This document shows positions 25,301 to 37,300 of a DNA stretch of 64,000 bases, piece after piece. The translations under genes were made by a program, and so were the position numbers. Where the stretch lies: assembly GCA_051294905.1 (NCBI GenBank), contig CM119375.1, positions 992,001 to 1,056,000 of the forward strand, written 5' to 3'. Within the stretch, counting starts at the first letter, position 1, and every line of letters begins with the position of its first letter. This DNA is from Botryllus schlosseri (taxonomy: Eukaryota). Below the pieces are notes generated by a model, which was not told where the DNA came from, ran no database searches, and saw only the letters and a list, made by a program, of their open reading frames with translations.

Positions 25301-28300
25301 ACGAGAGCTCTCGCGACCCGAACGTTCTTTCTGGAGCATCGTCTGAGAGAAATCGGTTTGATTTTACAGTTTTCTGTATTATCTGTGATTTACCTGCTCG
25401 AGTCGCAGACTATTATGAACCGAGTAATGAAAATAGAGGAAATTACTAATTATACATGCAATGTATTGCTCATATAAGGGGAATTGTAGATGTATAGCAT
25501 AGCCTCAGTGTATTATGTAATACTAATTGAATATTATATTGATTTTGAAATAAACCCAGGTATTTTCGACCAAGGTGCGGTAATATTAAGGGCTAACTAG
25601 TCTTCATTAGTCAACAACTAGTAGAGAATTGGATAGACATTGTATATCAACAATCTCATCACAAAATATGACTTCATTTCGAATACTCGAGACGAAGAGA
25701 TCATCCTATATCATATTCAACGTTAGGGTTACCATTTTGGACAACAGGAAAGGTAGACTCTTTTCACATGCGGCAAAAGTTGCTACAGATGACAGAAAAT
25801 GGCCGACTGTTATATTTATAGAGCTTATTTTGTTAGGTTGACTAAAAAAAGGGTTATTTTACCCGACTGGACTCCCGAAATACCGGTTTTAACCTTACGT
25901 TATCAGAGTTGACTGCAAAAAGAAGGTCATTTTTCAAACTCAACTCTAGCTTTTCCCGTAAATCCTACTCTTTTTGGGCATTTTAGGCTAAAAAGGAGGA
26001 CAAATTTCTTGAGAAGGAAGAAAAAATCCTCCTAAAAGAGGCCGTACGGTCACCATATTAAACATGAATATAACATTCAATTGTTTTTTGAAATCCTGTA
26101 CCTTGAAGACGCTCTTCAAGTAACAATAATGATTAGTCGAAATAGTGGATGGAATACGAAACCTCATATGTTGAAACAAATTGAAGTAATACACAACCAA
26201 CACACACATACAGAAGACATAATTAAAGCCTGCAAGCAATAGTTAACAAGTGACATAGGCATATATACGCCACCACGGATTAAACGCTAAAAGCATGTAA
26301 ACCTTGACCAACTATATTTCGAAACTGTTCAGTTGCGGCAGACCTGTCTTAGATATTGCTATCTCAGCTTGTAATCGAGTAGATGTTACACCGTTATTTC
26401 CACAGGAATATTGTTACCAAGAATGGTTACTTCGACCAAAAATGTCACTCACTCACTCACCGTGAATATCGATACTCTTGCGTCAAACGGAACCACAAAC
26501 GGCATGTTTATGAGGACTGCTAGCTGTCGCGCTTCATTCACCGATAAAACAATGTCTTCGTCCGACGAATCTGAGAGAATGCCCGAGTATCGCTCATTAT
26601 TACATCAAGAGAGTATGAATGATGTGGGAAGCAACTATCTACCCTTTATGGGAGCACAAAGAATATAATTCCAGTTCTAAATCACATTGAAGATGATTTT
26701 GTACTTTTGCAAACATGCCTATTTCAAACCAAATATGGATCGATTCCTACCTGCAGACGCAAAGCTATTGGAGTTATAAAATTGGTTGCATAACAAATTT
26801 GGCTCAATTTCAACCAGTAGAAGCGAAAGTTAGTTATTGGTGTTCAAAATTTTGGATTCGAAATAATAGTATTTCCGGTGGGTGGTTCTACAATTACTAG
26901 TCGAAGAATTTCTCACGTAACTGATATGAACCGAGCCTGAGCTTTGTTGCATTTCTTTCTATGTTAAAATTAAATTAAATTTCCAGGTTGCTGCGCATTC
27001 AGTAATTCTGTTTCTGAACTATTTGGAAGAAAATTGTGTAGCTATCATTCTTATTCTAATCTAATTAGGAAAAAAAGCTGTGTAGCTATCATTCTAATTG
27101 GAATTTTTCAAACTTTTGTATTTTGTTATTTTTGAACAACCTTTTTTATATAGCAGGGTTGCAATGACTCGAGTCACTTGAACTCAAGTCATTGCGTATA
27201 AACTCGAGACTCAGACGGCCAAGACCGACATTTCATTGTAATTTCGAAGACTAGTAAAGTAACCACACTATTGGGATTTCGTCTATTGGCATTGGTACTT
27301 GAAAACGTGACCAGAAACTGCTAAAAGTGAGGAAAATTAGTATATTATAAATGCGAACCATTCGATATCATCAAACAGAGTTATCAAAAGTGGGATTAAC
27401 AAGACTTTAACTGGAAACTGAGCAGTCACCACGATGACTTGGACTCAAGTCATAATATCATGATTCGGACTCGATTCTCCGCGCACTGACTTGGACTCGG
27501 ACTTAACTCAGCGGTGAATTGAAAATGACTCGATTTGACTCGAGTCAAAACTACAAAGGTGAGATTGACTTGTGACTTGTGTTAACCAAACAAGTTGAAA
27601 ATACCCACTGGCAAGATGGGCCGCCACAGAATTCTCATTCCCCGATCTGCGGTACCAACGGTTGGCCAGATCGTTCGATTGCGCGATCACAATGGAATTG
27701 GAGAGCCAGGAACCTTTCGCGATGAAGGCCCTTCGAGAATCTCTCGTGTGCAAATGTTTGACCAGCCTTCGACAAGTCTGAAAAATTCAAATTAAGAGTC
27801 ATTGAATTAACGAAAAGAATTACACGAAACAGTATCTAGATATTGCTTCTAGGAATTAGATTAGAAATAGAATTACTTAATAATTTATTACATTCTGAAT
27901 TAGAAGTAAGACGAGTTATGTTAGAAAATGATTAGAAATGAAAACAAGAGCAAAAAAAGAGCATTTAGTGAACAAATCAACGTAATTTGCGTGATTCCAA
28001 ACTTATGTAATCTGAAAGCCTTGTTTAAAAAGAGAGAGAAGCTTACCCTGAAAAGATGAATGAATTTGTTTCTTATGTCGAGCTCCTCCTTACTGCTATC
28101 ATCGGACTTGACCGGATGTCCAGTCGACAAAGCTTTCAACGCAGACCTTAAACGCGACAAACAATTTTCGCAATACCAGACATGGCGTGATCGTGATTTG
28201 TAATCATTACCAATTCATCGAATTTGCTAACGATTAATTTATATATATATATTCGATTTCTTTGTGAAAGGGTAAAATCTAGGCTCTTTAGCCTTTAAAA

Positions 28301-31300
28301 TAACTATTTTTTCCAGATTACGGGGATTCACTGATTGTTATGTTGCCAAAAAAAACGCTCACGACAAATTTGGCTCGATTCCAACTGGACACGTAAACAC
28401 ACTGGTTTTTAATTTTTTTGAATTTATAAAAAAAAAATTCAAATTATACTGCCAACCCAATGAATTTGTTAAGTTGTCTAAAAGAATGACGCTAGACCAG
28501 GGGTTCTCAAAGGGTGGGCCATGGCCCACTGGTGGGCCACAGAGCATTTTGAGGTGGGCCACAGAGCTATTTAAAAAATTTTAGAATTAATGTAAGTTTA
28601 GTTGTATTTCTTATGTTATTCGCTATAAATATATTCGTATTATCTAATTATACGTAGGCAACATAGCTACAAAGCTTTTCATCCGACCCTGATTAGACGT
28701 AGTGACACGTATGAAGTCAGCATGTACGAATCGAAAACGTTAGGGAGGAACGGTAGCTTTTTGTACTGGCTATGACAACCTACGGCTAACAGCAACTAAA
28801 ATAATTTCAAGCGTATAATAACTGGAAGATAATGCTAAAGTAGCCAAGTATTCCGGCAGCGTCATATGCCGTATGGCGTTGAAAGGGGTATGCAATGAGC
28901 TCGCAATGAAGTGAAATTGATGTACAGATTTACTGTACTTCTGCTGGCCGTATTATTGTAAGCTAACAATAGCCATAATTGCAAATTATTAGCAACTTCT
29001 GGCGGAGGTATACTGCACCACCTCAACGAATCTTAATGGATTGAGGATTCATCGGAGCGCATTGATCTTTGAAGTCGGTTTAAAATGTCCGGCCTGGAAA
29101 TCATTGTACATAATGAAAGGAATGGATTGTATCATTGGATTGAATATTCTGACATCGCGACTTCAGCAGTTTCGGTACAAGACATACAAAGTACATCATG
29201 CATATTGAAAAATCATCCTTCACTTCTCTGTAGTGCCCCATCCACCAATTAATTGTTCGAAGCTGGCCCAGAATGATTATAATATTCCCCACAATAGTAG
29301 GGGAGATGTGGTACCGATGGATCAAAAATTGCAAAATGATCTCTGGCCCCCAAATCGTCAGCCGAGAATAGCAGATCTTTTGCTGTCTCAACACTTCGAT
29401 ACAAGCTCTACATACCGCGGACATTTACATGAATATCCGCCTTTTCAAGAATTATTTATAAACGTTTAAAGTTTGTTGCTCGAACGTGTCATCGGTCCCC
29501 ACCCGGTGGGTCCAAAGGCACACGACCATGGGACCTATGAGACATACGCTCAAAAACTCAAATGAGTTAACTTGTATTGTTGTGTACTATAAGCTAAGCT
29601 ACAGCAAGCCAATGAAGAATGTTTCGTCGCGACCTTCAAGAATAAAATAGTTTATATCAACTCAAATGTGGGCATAAAATCATGTTTTGATTTACGCCTA
29701 AACTTACAAAATTAATGTCACATACATATTACCCGCAAATCGGCATTTTGACTTTCAAATACCTCGTAATATCGATAAAACACCACAGGTAACTATGATT
29801 TACAGCCTATATATAATATATGGGTAGGCGAGTTTCTGTTGCTAAGTGATTAGTTGGTCCATCTATTTTGCTTGATTTGGCTATGGTACCGTAGGTCCCC
29901 CACCCCCTAAATATTGTAATTGACTTGAAAATAGTCCACTCGAGGACAGCATTGATTCAAAAAATATGTGCCATTATATACGCTGATACAAGCCCTATAC
30001 TTCACATCAAAAATTATGGCGGGTTTGTTAGTCTGCAAGGGGATATAGAAAAATGCAAATGTCGATCCAAATTTACTTTACACCCCCTAAAACGTAAATC
30101 AGTCGTCACAGACCCCATAACTCACGCAGGTCGATTTTTTTGCATGTGAGGAAAGATTCTGTCAGCATGTAATTGTAGACAAATTCACGGAGTGTAATCA
30201 TGGAATTATCATGGAGAATTTTTCAAGTATTTTCGGTCCCAGTGATCCATCGGTACCGCATCTCCCCTATCACTTAAGTCCCAATCACACAGTGTAGGGA
30301 TATGATCATTTTGTTTCGCGACGAGAATGGAGCAGCGGACGAAAATAATCTACTTAGAAGTTTTAGCTTATGATCTACCAGGGCCGTAAATACCGCACTC
30401 TCACCCCCAATGGGGGAACTCGAAGGGGCCCAAGATTATGTCGTTGGTCGTTTGTTGGAGGATATTTATTCAACTTGAATTTTTTTTCGCGCTTCGCGCG
30501 ATTTCATGTCCCGGGATATCGAGATTTAAATATGATCAGTTAGAGAAAAACAGCGCATATTTTAGAGAAATTGGCATATCGGCGCTCTCCATGACCACAC
30601 ATTAAACAGGATTATGACTCTAAAATATCAGGTGGGCCACAGCACATTTTTAAACTGGAAAATGGGCCACGGCCAAGAAAGGGCTGAGAACCCCTGCGCT
30701 AGACCATGTTTTCTCACTTCCAAGCGATATAAGCGAAATTATTGCACTTGAAAATATGGATTCGCAAAAATAGCCTGGACGCTTGTACGGGTTGGAATTG
30801 CGTCAAACTTGTTTTGCATCGTTTTTGTAGACAACTCAACAATTTCATAGGGTTGACGGTGAAATTTGGAAAATAAATTTTCAGTTTTCTTTTACAACAA
30901 ATTCAAAATTATCAGACTCCTGCGCGTTCACATCTACCAGTTGGAAGAAAGCCAAATTTCGTGTGTCGCGTTTTGTTTGGGCAGCATAACAATTTAACCA
31001 GCGAATCTACGGAATCAAAGAAAGTTATTTTTGAACAACCCTAGTGGTCAGTCACTTTTCATATCTTTTTGCAATTTCGCGAACCTGATGTCATATTTTC
31101 CGAAATGCGATCTTGTCTCCGGAAGCGTCGTTTTGATGACAGACAAACAGACGTCGCGTATCAACGCCGCTATTGAAGCCAGATTTGGGAGGGAAAACGT
31201 CATTCGACTGGCGACACCTGGAGAATAGTCAAATTTTGGGATTAAATGAACGGAATAACCAGCGGCTCGCACCAGTCAGAGATGAGCTCGGAGACAATGC

Positions 31301-34300
31301 AGTTAAGGTTGTAATCACTCGAGTCATTTTCTCAAAATACGGAAATGACTCGACTCGAGTCAACCTTTGTATTGACTCGACCGGAACTCGAGTCATTGCG
31401 CAGACGGCCAATACCGACATTTCATTGTGATTTTGAAGAATAGAAAAGTAACCATACCATTGGGATTTCGTCTATTGGTACTGGTACTTGAAAATGTGTC
31501 CAAAAACTGCTAAAAGTAAAAAAAATGAGTATATTTGAAACGCGAATCATTCGATATCACAAAACAGTTATAAAAAGTGGATTTATTCAGACTTTAACTG
31601 GAAACTGAGCAGTGAGCAGTCAACACATTGACTTGGACTCGGACTCGAGTCATTATACCATGACTCGGACTCGACCATCTGTGTGCTGACTTGGACTTGA
31701 GTCGGTGGTGAATTGAAAATGACTCGACTGGACTCGAGTCAAAACTATAAAAGATTGACTTGTGACTCGGAGCCTTCTGACTTGGTTACAACCCTGATGC
31801 AGACTCTGCAGAATGTGTACAGTTGCAGAAAATACGTTTCAGCTTCAGTTGACAGCGATTTCCTGTTGACGTAAGTTGATTTATGAGCTCAGTGGCTTTT
31901 CCTGCATCGTCAAAACTACAAGACGAGTTAGCCTAAAGAAATCAGTTGCGGTGTCTCAAGCATACATTTGTAGTATTGCGTTCCTGGAAACACATATCTC
32001 TGCAGTTATATCCAGCAGTAGAAAACAGAGATGTTCAAAGTTTTCATAGCGATTCATCTTGCTGGCATGGCGTACGGATACCGCCAGAATGTCCTCGACT
32101 TCTGCTCAACGGTTATTAATGGATATAGATCGGACGTAGGTTGTGAATGTATGGGTAAAACCGGTAAGAGTGGTCCGCCCGGGCCGAAAGGGGACAAAGG
32201 AGACGAATTTGATCCATCAGAGCTGATGAGTCAGCTTGAAGTTCTGAAAAGTAAATTTTGACAGTCTGCCAGGGTTGTAATGACGCGAGTCAACCTTTTT
32301 AAGTGACTCGACTTGAGTCACTCTATGTATCGACATGACTTGATCAAGACTCCAGACTAATTTTGTCTTTTATCTGTTTCAATAAACCTGTTAAGGGAAG
32401 AGGTGGTTGGACTCAAACTTGAGTCTGGACCCTTTGCACCCTCACTCGACTCGATGGTGAATTGAAAATGACCATTTTGACTTGAGTCAAAACTATAAAA
32501 GTAGGATTGACTTGTGACTTGGTTACAGCCCTGCAGCCTACTATTAAAATCACGGCCTCTATTACAAACTTTTGCTTTTCCAGGTAAATTGGAAAGAATG
32601 GAGAGAAATCCCGAGATCACATGTAAGTTGAGACACCAAAAGAATTGGGTTTGTAGCTAAAAGGCTTATCATTGCCTTACCTTTTTGATATTGGCCACAA
32701 ACTTATTCATTTCTCTTTGTGTTTTAGTCCAATATTGTTTAATTGGGGTGAAGAGTGGCGCGATACCAGACTCATCTATGAGCTCATCCACCGATTATAA
32801 CGCCCGTCACCTAGCAAAATATGGACGCCTGGACAGGACTCTGTACGCGGGGGCATGGTGCCCCCTAACAAGTATGCCCAACATATTATAATAGGGCTGA
32901 GCACAATGATTCTTCCGAATTGAGTATCAACTCTAATGATTTAAGTCGAACAGTGAGAGATTTACCCAGCCCTTATTGCAAGACATGTGACTCTTCCGCT
33001 TCCCATCGAGAAGTGATATCATATTATCATATTAATAGCAACCATAGGTCAATGGATACAAGTTGACCTGGGCTCGCCGCACCTGATCAAAGCGACAGTT
33101 ACACAAGGCCGAGACAGTCCGAACGGTAGTTCGGATTGGGCCACGACGTACAAGGTAGCATGTGGAGTCACAGATACCAATTTATCCATAATCACCGAAG
33201 GAGGGAAACATAAGGTTGGTATGGGAATGTTCAAAATACGGGCCCTTGAGGGCCAAGCTTTTGCATGTGACGAGACCTTATCGTAACTATAGAGTTGCAT
33301 TCAAACAGAACATATTCTTAAAACAAACATACTTGACAGGAAATAGGTGCCATTTATGGTATATACACTGTACATTAGGGCTCTTCAAAAATGACTTTTT
33401 TTCTCAAATCGTACTGGCTACTTGATAAAATTGTCAGGTTACCTAATTTAAGCCTGTACACAAAATTTGGTTCAATTCCAACCAGTGGAAGTGGAGTTAT
33501 TGCCGTCGAAAAGTCTGGATTTGAATAAAATAGTATTTACGGTGAGCACAACTATAATAAATAAACAAAGAATCGGTCACCGTAAATACTATTTTATTCA
33601 AATCCAGAGTTTTCGACGGCAAGAACTCCACTAAAACTTTCATGGGGTGAACAGAAAATTTTGAAATTTTTGAATATTTATTTTCATATAATAAATAGAA
33701 ATTTTCTTCTCCTGTAGCAAAGCGGTTACTGGCTGGAATTGATCCAAATTTTGTGTGCAGGCTTAAATTAGGTAACCTAACAATTTTATCAAGTAGCCAG
33801 TACGATTTGAGATAAAAAAGTCATTTTTGAAGAGCCCTACTGTACATACAGTGGAAGATAATGAAAGCTATTACGCCGGACATTATTACTATACCAGTAG
33901 GCCAAGGTTACCGTTACCCTGTCTGTTCAATACATTGCCTTGTGTCTCGTATAGAGGTTTGTGCATTGGGGTTGTTTAAAAATGACTTTGTCCTTCTAAT
34001 TTTACGGGATAGTTGACGAAAGTGTTAGGTTGACTAAAAACCAATGCATAACAAATTTGGCTCAATTTCAACCTGTACAATTTGAAATAATAGTAATAGA
34101 CTAATATTAACAGTGGGTAGTTCTACAATTTTAATATAGAGAAGAACACAAGAATATACGACTGTAAATACTACTTTTTAAAATATGAAATTTTGTACTC
34201 CAATAGCTCCACTTCTACAGGTTGGAATTAAGCCAAATTACGTGTGCCAAGAATTTTATCAACTACCAGTAAAATTCGGAGCAAAACTTCATGTGTTTTA

Positions 34301-37300
34301 TTGAATACCGTAGTTTCAAATATTACAATCACTAGTCACTACTGTATGTTTTATCGTTATGACTAAACAAGGTTTGCTAACATTAGTTACCCTGGGGGAT
34401 CATTTTCATTGCCAATTTTTCCAATACAGTGTTCGAAAACCCTATCGTGATTAAAAGGTCAAACCTACAGCATGTTATTTTCAGATATTCCAAGGAAACT
34501 CCGATCAGACAACGAAGGTAATCGGATGGTTCCCCGAGCCTGTGACTTGTCGTTACGTGCGTCTCTACCCACAGACCTGGCATACTTTTATGTGTCTTCG
34601 AATGGACGTAGTTAAAGCTAATTGTCCTTGAAAATGGAGCCTGAGTTGGTTTCATTTCTTTCAAATACGAAAATACATTGATTTCTGCAAATTAAGTAGC
34701 TTTCTGTGTTGATTTTACCAGATCAAATGTATGTAAACAGTACAAGCATGAGGTTGCATAAAAGCTGTCCCTGTCACCATAGTAACTAAAAACAAGTGTC
34801 ACTGAAAATATGTACCTCACACTTGCGGGCAAACGCCAGGGTATTTAACAAGTCACAAGTCAATTCAACAACTTAGAGTTTTGACTCAAGTCAAGTCGAG
34901 TTATTTAGAAATCACCACCGAGTCAACCCCGAGTCCAAGTCAGGGAGCAGAGGGTCGAGTCTCCAAGTCACTGTACAGTAGGGTTGTTCAAAAATAACTT
35001 CTTTTCCAGATTCCGGGGATTCACTGATTAAATTGCTTGGTTGGCAAAAAAACGCCGTACGTCAAATTTCACTTGATTTCAACTAGCAGATGCGAACGCA
35101 CAGGAGTTTGAAAATTTTGAATTAATTTTGAAAAAATCAAGACATAAATTTTCAAATTTTTTTGTCAATCCCATGGAATTGTCAAGTTGTCTACAAAAAC
35201 GAAATAAAACAAATTTGACGCAATTCCAATCTGTAGAAGCGAAGTTATTTGTGTTATTCATTAGGCCTATTAATTATGGAATAACCCACCGTCCAGGTCA
35301 ATTTCCGCGAACCAAAAATTTGTAACTGCAATAACTTCGCTTCTACTAGTTGAAAGTGAGCAAAAATTCTTAAGCATCGTTCTTTTAGACAACTTGATAA
35401 TTTCATGGGGTTGACAGTAAAATTTGAAAAATTATTTTATGATTTTTTTTAATTCAAAACTCCTGTGCATTCTACATCTACCAGATGAAATCGAGTCCAA
35501 TTTGGTGTGTAGCGTTTTTTTAGGCAACCTAACAATTTAATCAGTGAATCCCCAGAATCCGGAAAAAGAAGTCATTTTTGAACAACCCTACTGTACAGTT
35601 CCCAGAGTGTAGGCTCGACAGTAGAGTAATTTCCAGGTTACTAGCGTCGAAATGCTACCGCAGGCCCAATTGAAGATGTAAACGCGGGACAAAGTATCAT
35701 TTGGTCATAGCAAGGTGACGAAATTTGCCACTGTAGATACTATAATTTACAAAAATGGTGAAAATTTCAAATTGTCATAGCTCTGGTGTTACTGGCTGAA
35801 ATCGACTCAAATTTTGTGTGCAGTCGCTTTTTTTTTATAAAACTTAACTATATTTTCAACTATCCAGCGAAATTTGAAAAAAAAAAATGGTAATATTGAA
35901 CAATTCTAGCGGCCATATTCAAGTCCATATTCGGCAACGACTGAAATCCGATCAAACGCGGTATGAGTATGAGACGTTACAATATCAGTTCCAAATCCAG
36001 CTTCAAAATAATCTTAAATTCAGATCCGATAAAAATCTGGGAAAAATCATCAAATTTGCTTAGTTCAAATCCAAACCCATGTTCGTCTCTGTATCAATTA
36101 CATTATGGATTTTGATTTGGACTTGGATTTGAAAATACTAAATCCGCTCATCCCTGCTACCAACCCGAGTAGAAGTCCGTGTCCGGAACCGCCAACAGAT
36201 TGAGATTGAAAAGCGCGCAGAACACGACCAGTTTCGAACGGACAGACGACGTTTCGCTCGAATTCATCGAGCGTCCTTCTATGAGCAGCTGCACGAGAGG
36301 TACACTGCCAACCGAGAGAGAGAGAGATTCTGTTTTCGTCAACCGTGCTTATCAATACCATACAAACAAAAATAGGTTGAATGTGATATGTTAAGTATGG
36401 TGTAGATCAGCGGTTCTCAACCTTTTGTACCTCATGGACAGGCGAACCTTCAAAAATCTCACTTTATTTAAAGCTGCTATTCTGATATTAGATATTTATT
36501 AATGGTTATATTGCAGATTCTGGAGGGCAAAGCTTGCGAAGACCCGTTAGAAACTACCAACTTCATTGCGTTTATTCGGTATTCTTTGAAAGAGATGGGA
36601 CTTTGCTATGATCCCTATTATATCCTACCGACAAGTGCCCCCAATTGTACTTGACTCTCCTAACTTTAACTTATAACTTACGTGAAACGAATACTTTTGA
36701 ACAGTCTATGGAGACGCCACACAAAAGATATTATCCAAACTTCAAAATCAGTTTGAAATTTGATGTTTTATTTCTCGAATTAATGGATAACGGTCAAACT
36801 TCTTGCAATCTGGAATTGAAATATAAAATTCCAATATAATCGGCGACCAACAGGAAACTTGCTACGGACCAGCAGTTAAGATCTAATGGTATAGTTCAAA
36901 ATTGGGCAAATAATTAATCCTAGCTGTCGAATTAGAATAATTAGAGCAAAATGCCGTTAATCTAATTCTAATCTAATTTCTGACATGCTTCTACGCACTC
37001 ATTTAATTATAATCTAATTGTGAAAAGCTGAAAATTTTCCATTTGTCAAAATATGACATCTACCATCTAAAAATAGCACATTGAACGGTCTCTTATTCGA
37101 ATTTCATGCTGGCGATGTCATATTTTGGTGATACGATCGTTGATATGCGATGTTCTTTCCAGTCATTAACTAATTGCTGACGATTACCCCTGACGAGTGT
37201 CAGCCGAAAATATTCAGGTTCATTTAAATATCAATAAACTATGCCAGAGTTTTGAGGATAAATCATCCATTTAGCTTTTTATCACCCATTGACCGACTGA

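Noticed and set aside
29101-29469. Overlapping ORFs inside the nested TE stack
   Set aside because: They cross a TIR boundary and show no transposase or other motifs.
31044-31055. Alternative UBE3C donor 12 nt from a MITE end
   Set aside because: Phase 1 is incompatible with the next exon; the in-phase donor is AG|gttcgc at 31084, so it was excluded from the spacing list.
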